Source: an uncultured delta proteobacterium
GTDB taxonomy: Bacteria; Desulfobacterota; Binatia; Binatales; Binataceae
Assembly (NCBI GenBank): GCA_963842085.1
Contig: CAWJET010000002.1
Coordinates: 1,472,001-1,536,000 of the forward strand
Length of the DNA: 64,000 bases
Reading direction: 5' to 3'
A model generated the notes under the pieces. It did no database searches, had not been told where the DNA came from, and saw only the letters and a list, made by a program, of their open reading frames with translations. Shown here piece by piece: positions 28,170 through 37,115 of the stretch (position 1 is its first letter; every line of letters begins with the position of its first letter). The position numbers were made by a program, and so were the translations under genes.

Positions 28170-29528
28170 CTAGTTTGCCGGGGAGAAAAAGGCGAGCACC
28201 GCGTTTGAGACCTCGTGCGGCGCGCTGCCGTCGATTGGCACGATCCACGCCGACGGCGGAGGCGCATAGCCGAGCGAGTGTTCGGGCGATCCCACCAGGC
28301 GCACCCCCGCGTAGACAAATGACGACGAATCGGGCGCCCAGATGGTGTGCGAGACAGCAAGCTGATCGAAGTAGCGGTACGCGGTCGCCTCGTCGGGCGT
28401 CGCGAGAAAATTGCCGAGCGTTTTTTCGGCGCCAGTCTCAACGTCAACCACCGACCACGTGTAGTACGGTTTCTCCTGGGGGACGCCGATGAACGCGACA
28501 TGGCGCGAGTCGGGCGCAAAGAAAAATGCGGCGACATCGTCCTTGGTCAGCCACTTCGAATTCGCGGTGGCGATGTCTACCAGCTTGATGCCGTGATAGG
28601 TAGGATCCTGCGGGTCGATTGCCGTCGAGTAGGCGAGGTGCGCCGAGTCGGGCGCCCACACAAAGCTGTTCTCTCCCACCGGCAGGCTCACGACGGAGCG
28701 CGGATGGCCGGCGTCGGCGTCGGCGACCACGATGTTCGATTCGGCGTGGTAGTTCGCGACGTAGGCGAGATGCTTGCCGTCCGGCGACCAAACGGGGGTC
28801 TTGAACGGCGTGCGCCCGGTCGAGAGCACCTTGACTACGTTCTGGCTGGTGGGCGTCACGCTCATCAGCGAAACCCGTTCGATGTGATCCGGGTCGAGTG
28901 CGAGCGAGTGAATCGCGACCTCGCCGGGCCGCGGGCCCCAATCGAAGTACAGCGGCATCCCGGTGGCAACGATTCTGACCGGCGTTGATTCCTTGACCTC
29001 GGCCAGCACCAGGGTGAGTCCGCGCTGTTCGCCGAGCAGGAATGAAAGATGCTGCCCGTCGGGCAGCCAAAGCATGTAGACGATACGCTCGGAGCGGCTC
29101 TCGAAGATTTGCGTGGACTGGAGGTGGCCGAGCTCGTAAACCCAAACGGCGAACGAATCCTCGGCTTGCTTGTGAGTCTCGGACGAATACGCGATGCGCT
29201 TGCCGTCGGGCGAGAACGTCGGCCATCCGTAATCGGTGGTGTTGCCGCCCGGGCCCGCGTCGCGGGCGGAGCCGGCAACCCGGACAATCGCAGGTTCGCG
29301 CGCATCGTCGCGCCGGACCTGAATCGCGGCGGCCTTGCACGTGATGCACTTTGGCGCCCGGCATTGGGCATCGCAGTAGTAGATGTTGGAATCGGTGCCG
29401 ACGTAGGCGATCATGCCCGGCGGCGGCGCGCCGTGAGCAATCGAGCGGAGTGCGAATAGAAAAATGGCTGCGGCAGCGGCGGAAATTCGCAGGCTTGCAC
29501 GCACGGAGCGCCTCGCAAATATCCTCAT
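28170..29528 (-). CDS. TolB-like/PD40 beta-propeller exported protein
   Basis: Repeated PTFSPDGKRIAY, WSPDGKHLAY, WAPDS motifs; signal peptide. Confidence 0.8.
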   Translation of the reverse strand: MRIFARRSVRASLRISAAAAAIFLFALRSIAHGAPPPGMIAYVGTDSNIYYCDAQCRAPKCITCKAAAIQVRRDDAREPAIVRVAGSARDAGPGGNTTDYGWPTFSPDGKRIAYSSETHKQAEDSFAVWVYELGHLQSTQIFESRSERIVYMLWLPDGQHLSFLLGEQRGLTLVLAEVKESTPVRIVATGMPLYFDWGPRPGEVAIHSLALDPDHIERVSLMSVTPTSQNVVKVLSTGRTPFKTPVWSPDGKHLAYVANYHAESNIVVADADAGHPRSVVSLPVGENSFVWAPDSAHLAYSTAIDPQDPTYHGIKLVDIATANSKWLTKDDVAAFFFAPDSRHVAFIGVPQEKPYYTWSVVDVETGAEKTLGNFLATPDEATAYRYFDQLAVSHTIWAPDSSSFVYAGVRLVGSPEHSLGYAPPPSAWIVPIDGSAPHEVSNAVLAFFSPAN

Positions 29529-29660
29529 CGAGCTTAGGATTGCGCCTGCAGGGACGCCAAGGCAAGAACGATCCGCGCAGGAACGGACTCTATCCGGATG
29601 CGGCGACAACCGATAGCAGCGTGTTGACACGACCGCGGCCAATCGCGCAAAGTTGACCAC

Positions 29661-30116
29661 ATGCGCCGAGTTGCAATCATTTTATGCGCCGCGCTCTTCG
29701 TCGCGCTCCCGACAATTTCGCACGCGCAGTACAACGACACCGATCAGCAGCATCCCAAGGAATATCACGACGAGGATTCGCAGCCGCTCGCGATAATCGC
29801 CGACCTGCTCTATCCGATTGGATATGGGGCGGAATGGCTGGTCGCGCGCCCGATGCACTGGCTCTCGACCGACAGTCCCGCAGCGCCGGCTTTCAGTCCG
29901 GTGGGCGGCAACGACACAACGCCACCGCCGCCGGTTCCAATTATTCCCGACAACACGATGGACCAGGCGGCGTCGTCGACCACACCGCAGGATTGGTCTC
30001 CGACGCGCAAGCCCATCACGACGAACGCGACCGTGATCAAGCAGTCGGCACCGCCGCAGTCGGCACCGCCGCCGGCCGCGGCATCGGACTCGGGTGGCCA
30101 GCCGGCGCTTCACTGA
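29661..30116 (+). CDS. Exported hypothetical protein with Pro-rich C-terminus
   Basis: Signal peptide ending SHA; central YPIGYGAEWLVARP helix. Confidence 0.65.
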   Translation: MRRVAIILCAALFVALPTISHAQYNDTDQQHPKEYHDEDSQPLAIIADLLYPIGYGAEWLVARPMHWLSTDSPAAPAFSPVGGNDTTPPPPVPIIPDNTMDQAASSTTPQDWSPTRKPITTNATVIKQSAPPQSAPPPAAASDSGGQPALH

Positions 30117-30300
30117 ATTTTCGCGTCCCGCAGAGTAAAGATCATCACTGACGCAATTTCACGGAGCAATCCGGGGTTATTTTCGCTCTTGAATGTTGCG
30201 TGCCTTTAGGTGATAGAATTTTTACGAATCAGATACGTCCAATCCGATATGGATGAGCTAATGCCGGCCCGTCCAGCGCCTGGAGGCTGCGTCATTTAAG

Positions 30301-30912
30301 ATGGCTGTTGCACTCAAAGAGAAGGCTCCGACCGATCCCGCCGAACTTAAGAAGTGGCGCGAAGAGGAGCAGGCAAAAGAGCGCGCGAAGCGCGACAAAG
30401 AGAAATCCGAACTCGGCACATTGTGGAGCCGTCGCGATTTCCTGGGCGTGCTCGGATGGTCGGGTTTCGGCGCATTCTCGCTGATCGGTCTGCTCGCTGC
30501 CGTTCGCTCGGCGTTTCCGCGCGTGCTCTTCCTGCCGCCATCGAAGTTCAAGGCCGGCTTCCCCGACGATTACGTGGTCGGCGAAGTGAGTGAAAAATAC
30601 AAGCAGGATTTCCGTACCTGGATCATCCGCACCAAAGCCGGGTTCTATGCGATCTTTGCCAAATGTACTCATCTGGGATGCACGCCGCGTTGGTTGAAGA
30701 CCGAGCAGAAATTCAAATGTCCGTGCCACGGCTCAGGCTATTACATCAGCGGACTCAACTTCGAAGGGCCGGCGCCACGCCCGATGGATCGATTCAAGAT
30801 TTACCTCGGCGACGACGGACAGCTGGTGGTCGACAAATCGGTCATCTACACGATGGAACCCGGCGTCGATCCCAACGAACAGTATCCCCAGAGCATCCTT
30901 AAGGTCGCCTGA
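30301..30912 (+). CDS. Rieske iron-sulfur protein (PetC/QcrA-like), stand-alone
   Basis: Tat-like SRRDFL plus TM, CTHLGC, CPCHGS, GPAPRPM. Confidence 0.9.
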   Translation: MAVALKEKAPTDPAELKKWREEEQAKERAKRDKEKSELGTLWSRRDFLGVLGWSGFGAFSLIGLLAAVRSAFPRVLFLPPSKFKAGFPDDYVVGEVSEKYKQDFRTWIIRTKAGFYAIFAKCTHLGCTPRWLKTEQKFKCPCHGSGYYISGLNFEGPAPRPMDRFKIYLGDDGQLVVDKSVIYTMEPGVDPNEQYPQSILKVA

Positions 30913-30936
30913 TCGAGGATTTGGATTTTGTACCTG

Positions 30937-30978
30937 GCGGACGCAGCTCGGTAAGGAGCGGCGTCCGTTTTTGTTTTT
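30937..30978 (+). terminator. Intrinsic terminator
   Basis: GCGGACGC/GCGTCCGT stem with inner GCTC/GAGC pairing, followed by a T-rich tract. Confidence 0.7.
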
Positions 30979-31008
30979 CAATTTTCGAACCGGGAGGGAA
31001 TTTTCGCG

Positions 31009-31812
31009 ATGCCACTAATCAAAGCCGGCGACATCAACCTCAACTACGACAGTTACGGCGACGGCGAGCCGCTGCTGCTGATCATGGGATTCGGGATGTC
31101 CGGCGCGGGCTGGATTCCGTCGCTGCCGTTCTTCAACGGTTTCAAGTGCATCTATTTTGACAATCGCGGAACCGGACTCAGCGACAAGCCCGACTGCATT
31201 TACACTGTCGAAGCGATGGCGGATGACGCAAGCAACCTGCTGCGTGCGCTCGGAATCGCAAAAGCGAAAGTGTTCGGCGTATCGATGGGCGGGATGATCG
31301 CGCAGGAACTCACGCTCAGGCATCCCGAGCAGGTCAGCAAGGTGGTGCTTGGATGCACAATGGCCGGAGGACCGACCGCGAAGATGGCGGCGCCGGAGAG
31401 TGTCGAGCGGCTGATCGCGGCGAACAAGATCATGGGCGCCGACGCGGAAAAGGCCTTCGACATGCTGATGCCGCTGCTCATGCCGGAGGAGTTCGTTGCC
31501 GAGCATCCGGAAATCAAACAAATGATGATCGCTGGAGCAAAGATGATGCCGCCGACGCCGCCGGAAACTGCGGACCGCGCGATGGCTGGATTCCAGACAT
31601 TCAACACCTACGACCGGCTCGGGCAAATCAAGTGTCCGGTGCTGATCGTACACGGCGACAACGATGTGCTGGTGCCGGCGGAGAACGCGAACATCATCAA
31701 GAGCAAAATCCCGCAGGCCGAGCTGTATATCATTCCGGGCGCGGGGCACGCGTTCCAAGCGGCCGATCCTGTCGGCATTCACCAGCGAATCGTGGAGTGG
31801 CTGAGGAACTGA
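31009..31812 (+). CDS. Alpha/beta-fold hydrolase
   Basis: FDNRGTGLSD, GVSMGG nucleophile elbow, HGDND, GAGH. Confidence 0.9.
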   Translation: MPLIKAGDINLNYDSYGDGEPLLLIMGFGMSGAGWIPSLPFFNGFKCIYFDNRGTGLSDKPDCIYTVEAMADDASNLLRALGIAKAKVFGVSMGGMIAQELTLRHPEQVSKVVLGCTMAGGPTAKMAAPESVERLIAANKIMGADAEKAFDMLMPLLMPEEFVAEHPEIKQMMIAGAKMMPPTPPETADRAMAGFQTFNTYDRLGQIKCPVLIVHGDNDVLVPAENANIIKSKIPQAELYIIPGAGHAFQAADPVGIHQRIVEWLRN

Positions 31813-31840
31813 ACAAGCTGGCGGAGCCCTTTCGCGCGCC

Positions 31841-34117
31841 CTATTTCCCGGTTCCTTTGAGCTTAACGACCTGCTGGTTGTTGCGCGCGTTGTCTCGAAT
31901 CGTCAGGTTGCCCGACCGCGCGCCGGTGAAGGTCGGCTTGAACATCAGGGCTATCGTGCATTTTTGTCCAGGACTCAGGGTCTCAAACGACCCGCAAGTC
32001 GTAAGTCCCTGGGAGACAGAGAAGTCGCCCGTGGAATTCCATCCTTGTAAGGTGATCGGCAGAGCTTTCTTCTTTATCGGGTTCGATAGCGTGACCATTT
32101 GAACGTTGCTCGACGCACCGGTGTTGACGTTCCCAAACTTCAGCTTCGCCGGCGTGAACTTGAGCGCTGAAGGAACGGGGGTCACAACCGGACTGGGAGA
32201 CTGGGTCGCAGTTGCAGTTGGCGTCGCGGTGGCGGTCGGCGTCGTCGAGGTGGTTGCGGTTGGCGTCGCCGTCGCCGAGGTGGTTGCGGTTGGCGTCGCC
32301 GTCGCCGAGGTGGTTGCGGTTGGCGTCGGATGCGATCCGCTGGTGAATGCGTTCGCGAACTGCGCCATGTCCACGCTGCCCCATCCGGTGACCTGATCGT
32401 ACCCGGTGGCTGCGGTGTAGCCGGTGACGCCGTTGTAAGTATTGTTTCCGGTGACTACGTCCTCGATTCCCTCAGAGGCAATGCCGGCATTGGCAAGGTT
32501 GTAAATCGCGGGGTTGAGAAGACCGAGACGAGCGTTGTCCGCCGCCGCCGCCAGGACGCGCGAATAGCCGGCCCACAGCGGAGAGGAGAGACTGGTGCCG
32601 CCCCAGCAGCACTGGATCTGCGCTTCACCGCTCACGTCGGCACCGATGAACACGTATGGCGCCCATGCGATCATCGCAACGTCGGGGATGTCGCGCGCAT
32701 TGTCGGCCGGCACTCCTGTTCCTGTCTGCCACAGAGGTTTAGGGAAGATTGCACTTGCGCCACCGCCACTGCGATTCCAGCCGCTCTCGATTCCGCCGGG
32801 AGCGACGCCGACCACGCTGATGTCGTTGCCGGACGAATTGAAGTTCGGACTGAAGGTCGTGCCACCAACTGCCGTGACGTGCGGGCTGGTCGCCATCTCG
32901 CTCGGGTTCCTGGTCGTGCCAACGACACAGGTGCCGGCGGAGTACTGCAGACCGGCTGCACCCCAATCGCCCGAGGCGATGAAGACCGATTGTCCCTGGG
33001 TCGCCGCCTCTTGAAACAGCGAATCGAGGCCGGTGTAGAAGCTCGACGACTCGCCGCAAAAGATGAAGCTGATGCTGATTGCACCGCAGACGTTGTCGGT
33101 CACGCTTTGCGAAATCGAATTGTAAAGATCGCCGCTGATGTACGGGTGGATCGGAGTGCCCGGTGCGGTCGCCTGCGCGTAATCGATGTCGAGCAGTGTC
33201 TCGACCTCATCGACGCCTATGCCCGGCGTTTTACCCTCAGGGTAGACGGGAGTGACAGGCGCGGGCGTGAGTCCGAACGTGCTGTCATACAGAGTAACGG
33301 CGGCGGGTAGATAGTCGGAATCTTCATCGAGCGCTATGCAGTCCGGTGAGGGCGTACCGGTGTTTCCGGCGTTGAGAAGCGGCAACTCGTCGTAAAACGT
33401 CTCCACGTCGATTGGTTCAAACGCGGTCGAATCCCCCTCCGTGGCTCCGGGCATCTGCGTGCTGTTCTCGGGGCTGATCCCGGTAACGCCGGCGAGCGCA
33501 AGCATCTCCAATTTGTGCTGCTCATTCGAGCGCGTCGGTGGCGGGCTGCGACGCAATCCCGCGGGCACCGCGGCGTGCATGTTGTCCAGGCCCATAATTG
33601 AAATGACAAGGCCCTCGAACTGCGCGGGAATAGAGGGATCAGTCGTATTGGCAAATGACGCGCCGTCCGACATAAGAGTCGTGGAAAAAGCGCGCTCGGC
33701 TGTCTCGACGTCGCTCCGAGCCTGAATCGTCCGCCGGATGCGATTGACCGAGGTCACCTCGAAGCCCTCTCTTTTGAGCCAGTCTGCGACCAGGCCTGCC
33801 TGTTTGTCGGTTGGTCCGAAGCGGCTGGCGAACTCTTGCGGCGTGAGCCATCGATGGTACCGGGGCGAGGCTGGATTTTGCTGATCGTCGAGCAGTTGCT
33901 TGAGCTTGGCCTGGTGGCGAAGACCCAGCACAAGCGTCAGCTCAAGCGGCATCGTGCGCTCGGCGCGCACCGCCCCAGTTAGAGCCGCAGCTTCAGCCGG
34001 ATGATTGCCCCGAAGCTGGAACGGACCGGCGGACGTGGCTTGACCCATGACGAGCGCGCAGACCATCAGCGCCGCGGCGGCGCCAAGCACTCTCGTCAAT
34101 CCTTGTCCCACGGTCAC
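31841..34117 (-). CDS. S53 (sedolisin-like) peptidase with propeptide, Pro/Thr linker and C-terminal Ig-like (ASH-type) domain
   Basis: Pro-domain SPRYHRWLTPQEF, ETLLD, SGDWG, GGTSLSSP, GYDQVTGWGS. Confidence 0.9.
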   Translation of the reverse strand: MTVGQGLTRVLGAAAALMVCALVMGQATSAGPFQLRGNHPAEAAALTGAVRAERTMPLELTLVLGLRHQAKLKQLLDDQQNPASPRYHRWLTPQEFASRFGPTDKQAGLVADWLKREGFEVTSVNRIRRTIQARSDVETAERAFSTTLMSDGASFANTTDPSIPAQFEGLVISIMGLDNMHAAVPAGLRRSPPPTRSNEQHKLEMLALAGVTGISPENSTQMPGATEGDSTAFEPIDVETFYDELPLLNAGNTGTPSPDCIALDEDSDYLPAAVTLYDSTFGLTPAPVTPVYPEGKTPGIGVDEVETLLDIDYAQATAPGTPIHPYISGDLYNSISQSVTDNVCGAISISFIFCGESSSFYTGLDSLFQEAATQGQSVFIASGDWGAAGLQYSAGTCVVGTTRNPSEMATSPHVTAVGGTTFSPNFNSSGNDISVVGVAPGGIESGWNRSGGGASAIFPKPLWQTGTGVPADNARDIPDVAMIAWAPYVFIGADVSGEAQIQCCWGGTSLSSPLWAGYSRVLAAAADNARLGLLNPAIYNLANAGIASEGIEDVVTGNNTYNGVTGYTAATGYDQVTGWGSVDMAQFANAFTSGSHPTPTATTSATATPTATTSATATPTATTSTTPTATATPTATATQSPSPVVTPVPSALKFTPAKLKFGNVNTGASSNVQMVTLSNPIKKKALPITLQGWNSTGDFSVSQGLTTCGSFETLSPGQKCTIALMFKPTFTGARSGNLTIRDNARNNQQVVKLKGTGK
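32246..32328. repeat. About 2.7 tandem copies of a 30-bp coding repeat (TPTATTSATA linker)
   Basis: Unit GAGGTGGTTGCGGTTGGCGTCGCCGTCGCC starts at 32247, 32277 and 32307 (last copy partial). Confidence 0.9.
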
Positions 34118-34188
34118 AAATTTCTACTATTAGTTATGAAATGGCGAGGCAAGCGCGCCGTCTAATGCCAGGTGTGCGAGGCGAGGTT

Positions 34189-35982
34189 TCAGGCACTTGC
34201 CAGCTGTGAGGCCCGTTCGAGGGATACTGCGTCCGGGTCGAGCAGCGCACTGGTCGCGTCTTCTTCCCAGTCGGAGGCCGGGAGCGACAGCGGATCTTCG
34301 GGGCGCAGGCGATGCTCGACGACCATCCGCGCGAGGATCATGCGGCGGGCGTCGTGGCCGTTGGCGCCGGCCGTCGCACCTTCCCAGGTCATGAGCGCGG
34401 CGCTCGCTACATTATAAAGAGCGTCGGTCGCGAGACGTGCCAAGCGTTCATGCCGCGGCTTGGCCGCAACCTCGGCGGCGAACGCGACCGCGCGCTCGAC
34501 TAGCTGCGCGATTTCCGCGCGAAAGTCCGCAGGAGCCGCGCTTGCGGCCTGGAGTTTGGCTTTCAGAGCGCGCGCGAGCGCCTCGTGACCGCCGGATTTG
34601 GCGACCGCGCGATTGATCACATCGAGCGCGTTGATGTTGCTGGTGCCCTCCCACAGCACTCCGATATGCGCGTCGCGGATGAGCCGCGAGTTGACCCAAT
34701 CCTCGATGTAGCCGTTGCCACCGCGCACCTCCATCGCGCCGGTCGCGACGCGGATATTGTCGCGGCACGCGCGGAACTTCAGCACCGCGGTCAGGATGCG
34801 CATCACGCGCTCGGCTTCCGCGTCGCCGGCGCGCGCGCGATCCATCATCGTCGCGTCGTAAGTGAAGACCGAAAGCGCCTGCTCGGTCGGCACCATCAGT
34901 TTCATCAACTGGCGGCGGAGCAGTGGATGCTCGATGATCGCGCGGCCGAACGCGGCGCGATGACGCGCGACCTGCAGCGACTCGTTGAGGCATCGGCGCA
35001 TCATGCCGGCCGCGCGCGCGCCATGCGACATGCGGCTGAGATTTACCATGTCCATCATCTGGCGAAGTCCGCGGTCGAGCGCGCCAAGCTGGTAGGCGAT
35101 CGCGCCTTCGAGCACGACCTCGCCGCTCGCCATCGAGCGCGTGCCGAATTTGTCCTTGAGCCTGGCGATCCGATAGTTGTTGCGCTCGCCGTTTTCCAAA
35201 CGCCGTGGCATCAGGAAGAGCCCGAGCCCGCGCGAGCCGCTGGGAGCGCCTTCGGGCCGTGCCAGCAGCAACACGACGTCGCCGTCGACCGCCGAGCAGA
35301 ACCACTTGTCGCCGTAGAGCCGCCAGAAGTCGCCCTCGCGTTTCGCAACCAGGGCGCTGTTGGCAAGGTCGGAGCCGCCCGCGCGCTCGGTCATGTATTG
35401 CGCGCCCTTGAAAATCTGGTCCATGTTCTGCGATAGCATGCGGCCGAGGTAACGCGTCTTGAGCTCGTCGCTGCCGTAGTTTTCGACCAGCACCGCGCCG
35501 GTATCGGTCACGCTGATCGGGCACATCAGGCCGAACTCGGCCTGCACGAACAGGTACTGGAACGCGTACTTCGCGATGTAGGGAAGCGGCGCGGGCCATC
35601 CGAGCACGCCGGCCCGATGCGCCATCGCATGAAGGCCGAATTCGCCGAAACCGATCCGCTCCATTTCGCGATAGGCGGGATGGAACTCGACCCAGTCCTC
35701 GTCGCGGCCGAAACGATCGCGCGAATGTAGCACGGGCGGATGCTTGTCGGCGATTTCGGCGAGTTCGTCGAGCCGGCCGCCCGCGAGCTGACCGAGGCGA
35801 TCGAGATACGGCTCCATCGCGGCGCGCAACCGCGGCTCCATGTGGAGATCGAGCAGGTCGCGCAGCCCGCGGTCGATGCGGTAGAAGTTCATGCCGCGGC
35901 AGTCCGGCGCGACCAGGGCAGCCGCGGTGTTGTCGTTCACGGTCTGGCGTGGTGCGAGCTTGTCCGAATTTACGAGTGCCAT
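34189..35982 (-). CDS. Acyl-CoA dehydrogenase, AidB-like
   Basis: AEFGLMCPISVTD, MTERAGGSDL, GDKWFCS, RLKDKFGTRSMASGE, WEGTSNI. Confidence 0.88.
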   Translation of the reverse strand: MALVNSDKLAPRQTVNDNTAAALVAPDCRGMNFYRIDRGLRDLLDLHMEPRLRAAMEPYLDRLGQLAGGRLDELAEIADKHPPVLHSRDRFGRDEDWVEFHPAYREMERIGFGEFGLHAMAHRAGVLGWPAPLPYIAKYAFQYLFVQAEFGLMCPISVTDTGAVLVENYGSDELKTRYLGRMLSQNMDQIFKGAQYMTERAGGSDLANSALVAKREGDFWRLYGDKWFCSAVDGDVVLLLARPEGAPSGSRGLGLFLMPRRLENGERNNYRIARLKDKFGTRSMASGEVVLEGAIAYQLGALDRGLRQMMDMVNLSRMSHGARAAGMMRRCLNESLQVARHRAAFGRAIIEHPLLRRQLMKLMVPTEQALSVFTYDATMMDRARAGDAEAERVMRILTAVLKFRACRDNIRVATGAMEVRGGNGYIEDWVNSRLIRDAHIGVLWEGTSNINALDVINRAVAKSGGHEALARALKAKLQAASAAPADFRAEIAQLVERAVAFAAEVAAKPRHERLARLATDALYNVASAALMTWEGATAGANGHDARRMILARMVVEHRLRPEDPLSLPASDWEEDATSALLDPDAVSLERASQLASA

Positions 35983-36110
35983 AGATAGTGCGGTTGCGTG
36001 GTTTGCAGCATCAGGCTGAGCCTAAAGTTAATCTTTTCGCGACGCACTGGCTACAAACGAGGCGCCGGATGCCGGCCGGGGTAGCCGCCGCACAGAGGAG
36101 AACGTCGCGG

Positions 36111-37097
36111 ATGCACGGAAGCAAACAAAAGCCTCGCGTGCCCGCAAAATTCTGGATCGGTGTCGACATCGGCGGCACGAAGACGGCGATCGTCGTCTCG
36201 GAACGGCTGCCGGAGGTTAGCCAACGTCTCCAGTTCGCAACCTTGCCCGCCAAAGGGCCTGAGCGCGCGCTCGATCTGATCGGCAAAGGAATTGTCACTC
36301 TTCTGAGAAAGCGCGGGCTCTCGCGTTCGGCAATCCGCGGTATCGGCGTGAGTTGCGGCGGCCCGCTCGATCGAGTGCGCGGGATCATCCAGTCGCCGCC
36401 CAATCTCGCGACGTGGGTGGATGTTCCCGTCAAAGCAATCCTCGAGCGGCGGTTCGGTGTCCGCTGCAACGTCGAGAATGATGCGAACGCGGGGGCAGTC
36501 GCCGAGCATCGCTACGGCGCCGGGCGCGGCGTCGGCAACATGGTCTTCCTCACGATGGGCACGGGACTCGGCGCGGGAATCATCGTGGACGGGCGCCTTT
36601 ATCAGGGCACCGGCGATCTCGCCGGAGAGATTGGGCATGTGCGGCTTACCCGCGGCGGCCCCGTCGGCTACCACAAGCGCGGTTCAGCCGAGGGATGGGC
36701 GAGCGGCGGCGGGATCGAGCAGGTCGCGAGGCGCGCGGTGGCGGAGGCGCGCAAGCGCGGAAGCCGCACGATATTGGCGTCGCGTCGCAGCTTGCTCACG
36801 GCGCGCGAGGTTTGCGCGGCGGCGAAACGCGGCGACGCGGTTGCGATGCAAATCGTTCGTTCCACGGGCGAGCGCCTGGGCCAGGTTCTGGCAATCCTGG
36901 TGGACGTCCTCAACCCGGAGCGGATCGTGATCGGTGGGATCGCCATGCGTACCGGCGAGATGATTCTGGGACCCGCGCGCGAGGTGATGACGCGCGAAGC
37001 GTTGCCCGCGTCTGCGGCGGCGTGCCGGGTGGTGCCGGCCGGCTTGGGCGAGCGCATCGGCGATGTTGCAGCGTTATGCGTCGCGGTGGGACTCTGA
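36111..37097 (+). CDS. ROK-family sugar kinase
   Basis: GVDIGGTK, ENDANAGAVAE, GTGLGAG, GEIGH; GAGGAG RBS. Confidence 0.9.
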   Translation: MHGSKQKPRVPAKFWIGVDIGGTKTAIVVSERLPEVSQRLQFATLPAKGPERALDLIGKGIVTLLRKRGLSRSAIRGIGVSCGGPLDRVRGIIQSPPNLATWVDVPVKAILERRFGVRCNVENDANAGAVAEHRYGAGRGVGNMVFLTMGTGLGAGIIVDGRLYQGTGDLAGEIGHVRLTRGGPVGYHKRGSAEGWASGGGIEQVARRAVAEARKRGSRTILASRRSLLTAREVCAAAKRGDAVAMQIVRSTGERLGQVLAILVDVLNPERIVIGGIAMRTGEMILGPAREVMTREALPASAAACRVVPAGLGERIGDVAALCVAVGL

Positions 37098-37115
37098 TCC
37101 CGCGAGGCGCAGTTC

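Noticed and set aside
32246-32328. 30-bp direct repeats as a possible CRISPR array
   Set aside because: No spacers and no cas genes; the repeats are in frame and encode a Thr/Pro linker
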